Notes: a model not told the origin generated them from the letters alone. Positions 43,656 through 55,612 are shown, numbered from the stretch's first letter. The stretch: DNA of 64,000 nucleotides from an uncultured Chloroflexia bacterium (GCA_963751345.1 CAVVUS010000019.1:32001-96000); one strand, 5' to 3'. A program made the numbers and translations.

Positions 43656-46363
43656 CTATCCCCGGTCCTGAAGGGCGCGCGCAAAGACGCCGGCGATCTC
43701 GTCGAGCTGCGGGGGTTTCTGAAGCCAGCCTGCAAGTCCCCGCGCCTGTAGCGTCTGCCACTCCTGCTGCATCGGGTGGCCGCTCATCAGCACGATCGGC
43801 ACCGTGACGCCCTTCTCACTCAGCACTTCAAAGAGGGCTTGCCCACCCATGCCGGGCATCACCATATCGCTGAGGATGAGGGCTATGCCTTCGCCCTTAT
43901 GGTCCGGATCGGGCTGCTCGCTCCCTGCTTGTTGCTCGAGGATGGCGAGGGCCGCGAGGCCGTCGGTCGCCTCCAGGGCGCGATAGTTCAGCACCTCAAG
44001 CGTGCTCACCAGCGCCTGGCGCAGGGCGGCGTTGTCCTCTACGACGAGAACGAGCTCGCCGTGGCCGTGCTGCAGATGCTGCTGCGGTGCGTGGGGAGCG
44101 AGGGTGCCCAGTGGACGAGCGCGGGGAGGTAGACTGTGAAGGTTGTCCCACACCCGGGCTTGGAGTCCAGCGCGATCGTGCCGTTGTGTTGTTTGACGAT
44201 CCCATAGACCTGCGCCAGTCCTAACCCGCTGCCCTTACCGGGCTCCTTGGTCGTATAGAAGGGTTCGAAGATGTGCGGCTGTGCCTCGGGCGCAATGCCC
44301 GTCCCTGTATCGGCGAAGGTCAAGCAGATCCATTCGCCCGGCGCCATGTCGCGCAGCGGCGGGTCCGTGCCCGGCGCCACATTCAGGGCGTTGACGCCGA
44401 TGGTGAACGTTCCGCCGTGCGGCATCGCGTCGCGCGCGTTGACGGCCAAGTTGGTGACCATTTGCTGCATCCGCGTTGGATCGGCATGCACCATAGCCTC
44501 GGAGCAGCTGAGATGGAGCGCGATCCTGATGTCCTCCGGCAGCGTTCGTTCGAGGAGCTTGGTTTGCTCCTCCAGGAACGGCACGAGGTCCATCGGGCGA
44601 GGCTCAAGCATAGCGCGCCGGCCAAAGTCCAGGATCTGTTGCACCAGGTCCGCTGCGTGGTCCGCCTCCTGCGCGATCACGCGAATATCGGACCTGAGCC
44701 GCTGCGGCAGATCCTGCCCCTGGAGGGCCATCTGTGCGTAGAGTACGATGACCGCCAGAATGTTGTTGAAGTCGTGGGCGATGCCCGCGGCCAGCTGACC
44801 GACCGCCGCCAGACGTTCCTGTTGGCGTAGTTCAGCCCGCACCTGCCGTTCCTCGGTCACATCGTTGATCACCAGTACGTACGCCTCGGTATGGAGGCCA
44901 TCTTCGACGGGCCGGGCGATCACCTCGTAGTGGCGCGACTCGGCGTCCACCTCGTGCCACAGCCCTGTGGGGGGCGGCGTGAGTATTTGGCCTATCGGTC
45001 GGCCGCCGAGGTGGGCGAGCCGCCCGCCGACCTGTGTCTGGGCCAAAGAGGCGAGATTTTCCTCCGCGACGGGATTGGCGAGGAGGATCCGGCCATCGGC
45101 ACCGAGGAGCACGACGCCCTCGGGTACGGTGTCTAGGATCGCTTGAACGCGGCGCACCTGCTCGCGGATCTCCGTCAGGAGCTGTTCGCGCTCGGTGACG
45201 TCCTGGTTAAGCACGATGGCCCCATACAGGCGACCTGTATCGTCCATCACCGGGGCCGCATAGTTGAGGATGGCCTTCTTCCTGCCGTCGAAGGTGTCGA
45301 TCTCCAGGAGTTCATCTGTGACCGTAATTCCCTCGCTGATCACGTGGGCGAGCGCCCCGTCGTCGGGTGCGATCGGCTCTCGCGACGGCAGGCGGCGCGC
45401 ACTGAAGACGCCATAGTCTGCCGGTGCGACCGCCGGCCCCGCACCCCAGATCTTCGCGCCTGCTGCGTTCCCACGAAGCAACTTGCCGTTCTCATCTGCG
45501 ATCCACAGCCCGATCGGCAGGATGTCGAAGATCTTCTGTAGAAGGCTCTCGCGAGACCGTAAGTCATCTTCAGCACGCCGGCGCAGGGTAACATCCGATG
45601 CAAATCCGAGGTAACGGGTTGGCGAGAGTCTGACCGCGTTGATCGCCCACGTACCGATGCGGCCGTCCTTGTGAAGGAACGGCAACTCCCCGCTATACCG
45701 GCCGGCCTCAACAACCGTCGAAAACGCCTCTATGACCATCGCCAAGGACTCCGGCGGCGTCATGTCTGAAATACAGCGCGACAGCAGCTCCTCGTGTCTG
45801 TAGCCGGTGATCTCGCCGGCGGCGGGATTGATCTCGAGGTAGCAGCCGCGTTCATCCGCGATGAAGACGCCGTAAGGGGCGTTGTCGATATAGCTGCGAT
45901 AGCGCGCCTCGCTTTCCCGCAGCGCCAGCTCCGCCTGCTTGCGGTCGGTGATCTCCGTGAGCAGGTTGAGCGTAGCAACTCTGCCTTCGTAGTTGACTAC
46001 GCTGACGGCTAATGCCACCCAAATCGGATCGCCGCTCTTCGGGATAATCCTGATATCGCAGCGGGATGGGAGTTCGGCGCCTTGCTGTTTCTGCACATCC
46101 GGCTCCATCACGAGTGCGCGATCGTCAGGATGGACGAACTCGATGAAGGGTCTGTCCATCAGTTCCTCGCGTGCGTGACCGATGAGCCTTTCTGTACTGC
46201 GATTGACCAGCCTGAATCGCCCGTCCTGAGCCACGAAGAGCGCCGCGGGTGCGCTCTCCACAAGGTCACGGTAGCTGACACCCGGCTCTCCCAATGCGGC
46301 ATCGGGCGTTCTCGGTTCGAGGCGGTCGTGGTTGGTGTTATGGCCTGCAGTGTTGTCTGTCAT
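43656..46363 (-). CDS. Cytoplasmic multi-PAS hybrid histidine kinase with C-terminal receiver, frameshift near 44115
   Basis: About four PAS domains ('FVHPDDR'), 'GQLAAGIAHDFNNIL', 'NLAVNARDAMP', 'DTGTGI', 'FEPFYTTKEPGKGSGLGL'. The receiver 'VLVVED...ILSDMVMPGMGG...LQKP' is in ORF 43656..44153. Confidence 0.9.
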
Positions 46364-46901
46364 ACGTGCCATCCTCCACTGTTCGAGCTGACGCGCTCCG
46401 GTGGAAGCAAACCTTGGTGTCATGGGGCCCGGCTGTCTGAGCGAGGGGTTGGGCGCACCATCGGAATCGAGCCTCCATTCATTATAGCTTGGTTTCACCG
46501 ACGAGCATCACGCTGGGGCTAGCTTGACACAGTGATCGTGCTTCTGTGTCACCGAGACCTAATGGTTCGCCCCGTGGATCGACCGGTAGACCTGCGTTGT
46601 CAGCCAATTGCTGCACTCGGGCGCTACCCGCAATGCAAAGGGCGCCCTCTGATAGGCGTGTCAAACCACATTTCCATCGCTATTCCAACTCTACGATCTC
46701 TTTCCGTAGGGGATGCCAACACGATCCGGCGCGTGCCGGGATCTTTCTGGGGGATAATGATTGATGATCACGAGCTGGGGTCGAATTGTGTTTCGGATCC
46801 AGTGGGTCGGATCACCCACATTATGCGGTGGAACGTAATGTCGCCGCTGCAAGAGGCGGTCCCAAGGTATCTCACTCTATCCTGGGGGGTAATTTGTACT
46901 A

Positions 46902-46930
46902 TTGCATTCTTTTCAATATTGTTTTATAAT
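46902..46930 (+). promoter_or_regulatory. Putative sigma70 promoter of the exopolysaccharide operon
   Basis: TTGCAT-17 nt-TATAAT in an AT-rich stretch about 85 nt upstream of ATG 47014. Confidence 0.65.
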
Positions 46931-47013
46931 GTATATGATTGAGTGGGAATTAACGTGACGCAACATGCATTGCTCAAACTTTAGGTGGCAAGTGAAAAGG
47001 CGGAGGGTGTGCG

Positions 47014-49534
47014 ATGAACCGTAGGTATCGAGTGGGCCTTCGTATCGTGTATGTCGTGGTTCTTCTGTTGTCGGTGTCGGTCGGACAGGTACGGGCCGAT
47101 CCGATCGATACGCCAATCGGGCCGCCGTTGCCGCAGCAGCCCGATCTGCCGTTCCACCTGCAGTCCGGTCCCCTTACACGGGTACCATAGCGCCTCTGGC
47201 CGTCACGTCGGCGCCGCCGCTGAAGGTGATCACGGACCCGACGCTGGATATGAGAGTGCTCGTCATCATGGATAGCGAGATCCAGGTCATCGACTATACG
47301 TCCGACGGCGTTAACCAGATGATCACTGGGCTATCTGGACATCCTGGGTATCCCCTATGACGTCCATCGATATCAACGGTCGGGACCGGGCGTTCCACTG
47401 TTCACCGATGCGGAACTGTGGGACGGGGTGAACCACGGCAACTACTACGCGATCTTTGTCGGCACCTACGCTGTCTGGTTGTATGGACCGGACAAGCTCA
47501 CCGCTGACGAGCGTGCTCCTGATCCAGGCCTACGAGCGCAATTTCGACGTGCGACAGGTGACGTGGTACGCGTACCACTGAGGCCACCCAATGGGGACTT
47601 GATCCTGGGCCAGACGGCGGTCAGCCGTGACGACGACGCTGACAGACGCAACGGCGAGACGGTCTTCAGCTACCTCAAGTCCGACATCGAGCTACCGATC
47701 ACCGATGCCTACACCTATCTCGGGACACGTGCTGCTGGGGCCGTCGTCACACCACTGCTCGAGTTCCGCGATCCGGCCACATCTACACGGACAGTCGATA
47801 GCTATCCGATCGTGAGCATCTTCGAGCCCACCGATTCCGGCGACCAGATGGTGGTGACGGCGGCTGCGTACTATCCCGCGACGCCGCCAGTGAGCATCCA
47901 GGCCGGCTGTTGCCCTACGGCATCATCAACTGGGCGACCAAGGGGGTTTTCCTCGGCCAGCGCCACCTCTACTTCACGCCGCAGCCCGACGATATGCTCT
48001 CGTATCGGCGACCGGTGGGATGCGACCACACACACTACGGTCTTTGATCAGGGCTTCCGGCTGAAACCGAGCGATGTGGACAATCTGATCTCGTGGATGA
48101 CTGCGTTCCGCGCCACGGCCAACGCAGCAGAACTTCAAGATCGAGATGCCATTCAACGGCGAGGGTGTGGAGTACGATACCGAGATGGCACGATGAACGG
48201 TACCATCCTGCCCAACACCCTGACGGCCAAGGTCATCAAGCAGACGTAAAGGACATTCGTCTGGCTCAATCACACGTGGAGCCATCCGGATCTCTACACG
48301 TCCACGTACCAGTTCGCATACGATGACATCTACAGCAACACCCTCACGGCCCAGCTTCTCGGCTTCACGGATTACACGACCACCACGCTGCTGACGGGGG
48401 CCTACAGCGGGCTGACAAACACCAGGTGATCAGCGCCGCCTACGACCTGGGCGTCCGCTACATGGAGTCGAACGCATCGCAGCCGGGCTTCAACAATCCC
48501 AGCCCCAACACCGGGATCTACACCGGCACCGGCGGGGCGATGCTCCTGGTGCCGCGCCTGGCCAACAAATCTTCTACTTCGCGGGCACGCCGGACGAGGA
48601 GGTGGACTACTACAACCTCGTGTACGATGCAATCAACGGTGCTGTACTATTGCGAGCCTATTACGACCACTCCGATTCCGGGGCACCTTTGCTACAACTA
48701 CAACGAGATCCTGGATAGGGTCACAAACCAGGCGCTGGGCTTCCTGCTCGACTTCAACGTCGACGCGACGATGTTCCATATGAACAACCTGAACCAGTAC
48801 TCGGGTGGCACCAACACCTTGATGGGCGACTACGTGACCGCGCTCTACAGCAAGTACAACACCTACTACAACACAACGTGCCGATCCTGAGCCCGCGCAC
48901 GCAGGAGATCGGCGACCTGATGCAGCAGCGGATGGACTACAACGCTTCCGGCGTATCGGGCATCATCGCCTGCGCCAACCAGATCACGGTGACCATCCCG
49001 ACGACCGCGACCACCGGCGCCCGGGTACCGGTCACCGGCGTGGACTTCGGCGGCGACACCGAGAACTACGCCGGGCAGGACATCTCCTACGTGCAGATGG
49101 GCATCGGCGAGACGGTGGTGATCCCCGGCACGGGGTCGGCTTCGACGCCGGCGCCGTCACCAATCTGCAGGTCACACCGGGGACGCCCACGACGCTGACC
49201 TGGGACTGCTGACCCGAATGCCTATGGCTACCGCGTCTACGGCAGCACGACGTCCGGTCACACCTGGCCTACAACCGAGCTGGGCGTGGTCACGACAGCG
49301 ACGTACTCCGATGACTCCGGCAGCACCTACTACGCCGTGACCGCGATCGCCAATGACTGCTGGAAACACGAGTCGGCGGCGTCCTTCGTGAATATACCCC
49401 CCACGGCACTGACGCTGGTCGGGATAGGCGCCACATCGGGCTCGCTCGTGCTCGTGGGCCTAGTCCCGCTGGCTGCGGTCGCCCTGGTGGTCCTGAGTCT
49501 CGTGTGGAGCAAGCGCAGGCATCAGGTAAGGTGA
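47014..49534 (+). CDS. Agd3-like (CE18) polysaccharide deacetylase with signal peptide and C-terminal membrane anchor, heavily frameshifted
   Basis: Signal peptide MNRRYRVGLRIVYVVVLLLSVSVGQVRA. Manual translation gives 'GIINWATKGVFLGQRHLYFTPQPDDM' (from 47919), 'WLNHTWSHPDL', 'LLTGAYSGL', 'LLVPR', 'TMFHMNNL', matching the Agd3 motif order. C-terminus is 'PPTALTL'+TM+'KRR'. Confidence 0.72.
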
Positions 49535-49540
49535 CCCATC

Positions 49541-51170
49541 ATGAGTGATCGCGCAAACGAAGTAGACGTTCGGGAACCCGATGGTGACGGCGGAAGCAGC
49601 ATCTTCCGCCATCACCCCCTGCGCGTCTGCCTCGTGGCCGAGGGAAGCTATCCTCACTACCGCGGCGGGGTCAGCACGTGGTGCGACATGCTGGTGCGCG
49701 GCATCACCGAGGTGCAGTTCTCGCTGGTAAGCATCATCGCCGACCCGAGTGTCGAGCCCGTCTACGAACTCCCCGGCAACGTGCGGGAGCTGCGGCCGGT
49801 GGCGCTCTGGGGAACCGGCGAGGTGCTTGAGCTGCATCGCGACCTGGGGTTGCTGGACGTGATTCGCAGGAAGCGCAGCGCACCCGCTCGCGTGATCGAG
49901 GGCGAGTTCCTGCCGTCCTTCGCCGAGTTCGTGGATCTGCTCTGGCAGGAGGAGGCGGCCCCGGACCGCGTCGCCCACACACTGCAGTCGATGGCGGCCT
50001 ACTTCGTCGGGCACGACTACGACATCACCATGCGGTCCCGCCTGGTGTGGGAGACCTTCCTGGAGCGCAGCGTGCCTGCGTATCAGGCCAGCCACGGGAG
50101 CGCGGCCCCGGTGGCGATGAGCGACGCTACAGACGTCATGCGATTGCTCTACCGGTGGCTCACCATGCTCTCGATCCCGGTCCCGGACGTGGACGTGATC
50201 CACGCGGCGTCGGCAGGGCTTGCCAGCATGATGGGCATCGTGGCTGCGGCGCGACCGGGCATCGCTTTCCTGCTGACCGAGCACGGCATCTACCTGCGCG
50301 AGCGGCTGCTGGCGCTCACCCGCAGCGAGAGCAGCGTCTTCGAGCAGGCCTTTCAGGCTGCTTTTGCCCAGCGGATCACCGAGGCGAGTTACTGGTCGGC
50401 CGACCAGATCGCGCCCGGCAGCAACTACAACCATCGCTGGGAGACCTACGTCGGCGCAGAGCCCTCGTTGATTCAGACCATCTACAACGGACCGGATCCC
50501 GCGGAGTTCACGCCGACGGTTCTGAATCGCCCACCGGGCGAGGCGCCGATCGTGATCTGGTTGGGCCGCATCGATCCGCTGAAGGATCTGGAGACGCTGA
50601 TCCGGGCGGCCGCCATCGTTGTCGACCAAATGCCCGATGTGCAGTTCGTGCTCTACGGCAAGGCTCCGAGGGGCAATGAATGGTACTACGACCGGTGCGT
50701 GGCTCTGAGGGATAGCCTGGGCATTGCGGACAACGTGACCTTCGCCGGCTTTGCCGCGAGTGCCGCGGCTGCCTACAACGAGGGGGATTTTGTGCTCCTC
50801 TCGAGCATCTCGGAGGGTTTCCCCTATAGCGTCGTCGAGGCAATGATGTGCGCGCGAACGGTCGTAGGCACCGATGTGGGGGGGGTGAGCGAGGCACTTG
50901 AGGATGTTGGGCTGGTGGTGGAGCCCCGGAACCCGGAGCAGATGGCCCAGGCCTGTCTCAAGCTGCTGCGAGACCCGGACCTGGCCCGAGAGATGGGGCG
51001 GCGGGCGCGGGAGAAGGCGCTGTCGCAGTTCAGCCTCCAGCAGTGCAATGCTGCTTATCTGTCAACCTATCAATCCCTGGCACGCCGGGCCCGGCTCGGG
51101 ACAGGGCGACCGCCGGATCGCGGAATCGGCAGCCGTGGCAACTCCGGTACCGCAGGTGGTGCGGCGATGA
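49541..51170 (+). CDS. pelF: PelF-like GT4 glycosyltransferase (DUF3492 + Glycos_transf_1)
   Basis: 'VCLVAEGSYPHYRGGVSTWCD', 'LLTEHGIYLRER', 'LGRIDPLKDLETL', 'LSSISEGFPYSVVEAM', 'TDVGG'. Probable true stop at TGA 51170 (ATGA overlap) after a frameshift. Confidence 0.88.
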
Positions 51171-52801
51171 GCCAGCCAAGCGGTCCCGTGAGCGCTCTGC
51201 CGTCGTCGCTGGAGGCCTACGAGTCGGTCCAGCTCCTTGCCGATGACATTCGCGACACCTGCCCCGCGCCTGTCAACACGCTGCAAATCGCGGCGCTCCT
51301 GGAGTCGGCCGGTGTGACCGACGCCATTGCCGCGCACCGCTACGGGTATCGCGATGTCTTTGGCGTGGCGGACACTGTCGCGGATCTGCTGGATGGGCGC
51401 GGCGTTTGACTGCGAGCCGCAGAAGGAGCCCGTTGCAGAGCCATCGACGGATTGGCGGTCGGCCACGATGAACTATCTGCGCGGCCCCCTGGGGGTCGTG
51501 CCGCTGGTCCTGCTGATGTCGATTGTCGGGGCGTTGCAGAGCTTCGGCCAGTGGCAAGGACCGCGGGTGCTCACGTTGAGCGCTGCAACGATTGGCAGCC
51601 TGCTCATCACAGGTGGGTTCGTGCAGATCGCTTCGCGCAAAGGCTCCAGCTATCTTAGCCAGGGGTACGCCAGGGCCGCCGGGCGGTTCGTGGTCAGGAT
51701 GCTCGCCGTGGCCGTGGCCGTCGTCGTCGTGACTGCCTTCCCGCTCGCCTGGATGGGTCGGGCGACCGGGTGGCTGGCGGCGACTGATGCGCCACTGATG
51801 ATGATCGCCTACGTTGCGCTCTCCTGTCTGTGGTTGCTGTCGGCGGTGCTCTCGATCTTCAAGCGCGTACACTGGTTTGGCATCGCCCTCGCATTGGGCG
51901 TGGGCCTCAGCCGTCTGTCGCTGATCGGGCTCGCGCGGTCGACGCTGCTGCCTCAGGTGACGGTTGGGGTGGCTGTGGGGGTGGGACTCCTGGTGACGAT
52001 CGGGGTGGGGGCTTGGGCTGCCCTGCGGGCGGTGTCTGCGGAATCCTCCGCGTCGGAGAGTGGCGACCACGTCGTCCGGACGCCGCCGCTGCCCCAACTT
52101 GTGGTCAATCTGACGCCCTATTTCATCTATGGCATCATCTATATTCTGGCCGTGCTCTCGGGGCACGTGGGGGGATGGCTCGGGCGGCTCCCCGCGGGAC
52201 TTGACCGTATGGACGCGATTGCGAGAAGCGAGCTGGGCCTCACGGTCGCACTTGTGGCGTACATCCTGGTCGGCGGCGTGGCAGAGGAGACAATGCAGCG
52301 CTTCTGGCAGTGGGTTCACGTCTATCAGGCGGAAACGATGGCGGCACAGCCCGGTGGCTTCTCGGCGAAGCTGCGTGACTTCCAGCGTACCGAGCTCAGG
52401 TGGTTTGTTGTCGCGTTTCTGGCGTCCGCGGGCCTGGTGCTCGTGCTCGTGGCCGTGAGTCGTGGTGCTTTCCCCAGACGGCATGCTGCTTGGGTTGCCC
52501 TGGGGACCGGACCTGGGCCATCGTGCTCGGCTTCGGCCTGGTCGGCTGTGGCCTGCTGGGTATCAGTGCGTTCGACTGCATGATGCTGATCACGCTCTCC
52601 CGCCCGTGGCCCGCGGTGCTGGCCCTTACTGCCGGCACGGTGACCACGCTCATTGCGAGTCTTGGCTGGGGGCATTGGGTGGGCTTCGCGTATGGTGCGG
52701 CCGGGATGGTTTTCGGGAATCTGGTTGCTTTTCTGGTGGCACACCGCGCCTTGCAGCGCGTGTTGCGTCACGCTGATTACTACTACTTCACGTCGTTTTA
52801 G
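51167..52801 (+). CDS. Multi-TM membrane protein at the PelG-like (export/polymerisation) position, two frameshifts
   Basis: N-terminal 'QIAALLESAGVTD..A..RYGYRDVFGVA', about 12 TM segments, 'SLLITGGFVQ...RKGSSY', 'PYFIYG', C-terminal 'ADYYYF'. Confidence 0.65.
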
Positions 52802-52853
52802 AGCGCGGGATGCCTCCCGCGACATCTACCACACCAAGCAGCACAAGGAGGCA

Positions 52854-53846
52854 ATGATGGATTGGACAGGGAAACGAGTTCTCGTGACGGGCGCGAGTGG
52901 GTTCATCGGTAGTCATCTGGTTGAGGCCCTCGTAGGTGAGGGCGCCACGGTGCGCGCGCTCGCCCACTACAACTCACGAAACGATGCCGGGCTGTTGCGC
53001 CGGCTGCCGCCCGACGTGCAGCGCGAGGTCGACGTCTTCTACGGGGATCTCAAGGATCCCTGGTCGGTGCATCAGGCGATGGAGGGGACGGAGACCGTCT
53101 TCCACCTCGGCGCACTCATCGGGATCCCGTACTCATACGTGAATCCCTACGACGTCGTGCAGACGAATGTCCTGGGCACCTACCACGTGCTGGCGGCTGC
53201 CCGGGATCTTGGCGTGGGCCGCGTGGTCCACACGTCGACGAGCGAGGTGTACGGGTCGGCGCAGTATGTGCCGATCGACGAGAACCATCCGCTGCAGGGC
53301 CAGTCGCCCTACAGCGCGAGCAAGATCGGCGCGGACAAGCTTGCGGAGAGCTTCTATCTCTCTTTCGAGCTTCCCGTCAGCACGGTCCGGCCCTTCAATA
53401 CCTATGGGCCGCGCCAGTCTGCGCGGGCTGTGATCCCCACGATCATCACCCAGGCGCTGACCCAGGATTTCGTCAAGCTGGGCGCGCTCTATCCGCGGCG
53501 CGATTTTACCTATGCGACGGATACGGCGGCGGGCTTCATCGCGGCTGCCGAGAGCGATGCTACCGTCGGGCAGGTGGTCAACCTCGGCACCGGTGATGAC
53601 ATCACCATTGGGGAGCTGGTCGACCTGGTCGTTGAACTCATCGGTCGCGATATCGAGGTGCGAAGTGACCAGGGGCGGATTCGACCGGAGGGAAGTGAGG
53701 TGGTACGTCTGCTGTCCAACAATCAGAAGGCGAAGGCGATCATGGGATGGGAACCGCGGGTCGGATTTCGTGAGGGCTTGGAGAGGACAATTTCGTGGAT
53801 TGGCGAGAACCTGGACCTCTATCAAACGGAGCGGTACACGATATAG
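52854..53846 (+). CDS. NAD-dependent NDP-sugar 4,6-dehydratase/epimerase (LegB-like extended SDR)
   Basis: 'VLVTGASGFIGSHL', 'YNSRN', 'FHLGALIGIPYSY', 'TSTSEVYG', 'QSPYSASK', 'PFNTYGPRQSARAVIPTII'. Confidence 0.85.
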   Translation: MMDWTGKRVLVTGASGFIGSHLVEALVGEGATVRALAHYNSRNDAGLLRRLPPDVQREVDVFYGDLKDPWSVHQAMEGTETVFHLGALIGIPYSYVNPYDVVQTNVLGTYHVLAAARDLGVGRVVHTSTSEVYGSAQYVPIDENHPLQGQSPYSASKIGADKLAESFYLSFELPVSTVRPFNTYGPRQSARAVIPTIITQALTQDFVKLGALYPRRDFTYATDTAAGFIAAAESDATVGQVVNLGTGDDITIGELVDLVVELIGRDIEVRSDQGRIRPEGSEVVRLLSNNQKAKAIMGWEPRVGFREGLERTISWIGENLDLYQTERYTI

Positions 53847-53895
53847 CGCTGGATCTTTTTGGAATGATGCTTGTGCCGAATTTGGGGGGTGTGAA

Positions 53896-54658
53896 ATGAA
53901 AGCAGTGATTATGGCAGGCGGGAAAGGGACGCGGCTGGCGCCTTTTACGAAGGTACTTCCGAAACCACTTGATACCGCTGGGGGACTATCCCATCCTGGA
54001 GATCATCATCAGCCAGCTCAGAGAGGCCGGATTTGATGAGATCATCCTGACCGTCAATTACCTGGCCCATCTCTTTGAGGCCTACTTCGGCAATGGTGAG
54101 CGGCTGGGGGTCAACATCCGGTATTCGCTGGAGGAGCGGCCTCTGGGAACGGCAGGGCCCCTGGCACTGATCGACGGCCTCGATGAGGAGCCGTTCCTTG
54201 TGATGAATGCGGATTTGCTGACCGACATTGACTTCCGGCATCTCTACTCGACGCACCTCGCACAGGACGCCGCGGTCACGATGGCGCTCTATGCCAAGGA
54301 GTACAAGATTGACTTCGGCGTGATCGAGACGGATGACACCGGGCGGGTGTTGGCGTGCCGGGAGAAGCCGGTACTCAATTACCTGATCAATATGGGGGTC
54401 TACGTCGTCTCACCCTACGTCCTTGACGAGATCCCCTACAACAGCTTCTTCGACATGACGGACGTCATCGCACGGGTCAGTCCCAGCCCGAGGGGTGTCT
54501 ATGGCTACCGGTTTGAGGGCACGTGGATGGATCTGGGCAAGGTCGATGACTTCGACCGGGTCGCGTCGAAGTTCCAGCACCTGATCTCGGTCGCGGAGAC
54601 GCGGATCCCGCTCGAATCGTACATCCATCTCCTGTCGGCAGCGCCGGCGGAGGCATAG
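53896..54658 (+). CDS. Sugar-1-phosphate nucleotidyltransferase, frameshift near 53968
   Basis: 'MKAVIMAGGKGTRLAPFTKVLPKPL' joins 'IPLGDYPILE', 'PLGTAGPL', 'VMNADLLTD', 'INMGVY', 'WMDLG'. Confidence 0.9.
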
Positions 54659-54661
54659 GCT

Positions 54662-55612
54662 GTGGAGCGAATGGCCGGCCCGGTGCTGGTGACCGGGGCG
54701 ACAGGGTTTGTGGGTCGCCACATGATCGACTTGCTGTTGAGCCACGGGTACGAGGTAGCCGCGGCGAGCATCCCCGGCGATCCCCTTCTCGCCGCGCTGC
54801 CGCCGGGCGTCTCCCGGTTGGCGTTCGACATCCTCGACCTTGACGCCACGACCGGGGTGCTGGCCCAACTGCACCCGTCTGTCGTCTTCCACCTTGCGGG
54901 GCTCGCGCGCGGCGGTGACCTCCAGCGGCTGCTGGCAGTGAACGTCATAGGCACAGAGTGTCTGCTCAAGGCAGCACGCGCGCTGGATCAGCCCGCCACC
55001 GTGGTCATACCGGGCTCCGCGTCGGAATATGGGATCCTCCCGGCTCCTGAGCCGGTGAACGAGGACGCGCCCCTCGCGCCGATCTCGGCGTACGGCGTGA
55101 GCAAGGCCGCGCAGACGCTGCTCGGGCTGAGCTATGCGCGGCGCGGTGACGTGCCTGTGGTGGTGGGGCGGATCTTCAACATCACGGGGCCGCGTGAGCC
55201 GCAGGCCATGCTCGTCGGGGCGATGGCCGGGCAGGTCGCCGCGATTGAGCGAGGCCGGCTCCCGGCCGTGGTCAGCGTCGGCAATCTCGATCCCTATCGC
55301 GATTACATCGATGTCCGCGATGCTGTGCAGGGTCTGTGGCTGCTCTGGCGCTATGGCGAGTCGGGCCGGGCGTATAACCTGTGCAGCGGCACCGCGATCC
55401 AGGTGCGTGAGGTGGTACGGAGGGTGGTGGCGCTGTCGAGCGTGCCGATCAGGATCGAGCCCGATCCCGACCGCCAAAGGCCCTCTGACATCCCGTACTG
55501 TGCCGGGGATCCGCAGCGTGTAGCATCCGCCACGGGCTGGCAGCCGCAGTATTCGCTCGACGAATCGCTCCAGGCTACGCTTTCGTGGTGGCGAGAGGCG
55601 TCGCAAGCCTAA
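54662..55612 (+). CDS. NAD(P)-dependent NDP-4-keto-6-deoxysugar reductase/epimerase (Rmd-like extended SDR)
   Basis: 'VLVTGATGFVGRH', 'VFHLAG', 'GSASEYG', 'YGVSK', 'FNITGP', 'VGNLDPYRDYIDVRD', 'YNLCSG', 'DPDRQRPSD'. Confidence 0.8.
   Translation: MERMAGPVLVTGATGFVGRHMIDLLLSHGYEVAAASIPGDPLLAALPPGVSRLAFDILDLDATTGVLAQLHPSVVFHLAGLARGGDLQRLLAVNVIGTECLLKAARALDQPATVVIPGSASEYGILPAPEPVNEDAPLAPISAYGVSKAAQTLLGLSYARRGDVPVVVGRIFNITGPREPQAMLVGAMAGQVAAIERGRLPAVVSVGNLDPYRDYIDVRDAVQGLWLLWRYGESGRAYNLCSGTAIQVREVVRRVVALSSVPIRIEPDPDRQRPSDIPYCAGDPQRVASATGWQPQYSLDESLQATLSWWREASQA

Noticed and set aside
46532-47116. ORFs 46532..46942 (+) and 46913..47116 (-) as small genes
   Set aside because: Atypical codon usage, no RBS or recognisable motif, and they overlap the predicted promoter region and the start of the deacetylase gene.
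49541-51409. Apparent PelF fusion to the N-terminal domain of the membrane protein (622-aa ORF)
   Set aside because: An ATGA start/stop overlap at 51167-51170 with an upstream RBS-like 'aggtgg' indicates two genes. The read-through is best explained by an indel near 51100.
52854-54658. Legionaminic acid biosynthesis cluster
   Set aside because: A LegB-like dehydratase and a nucleotidyltransferase are present, but there is no aminotransferase, NeuB synthase, NeuC epimerase or CMP-transferase in the window.
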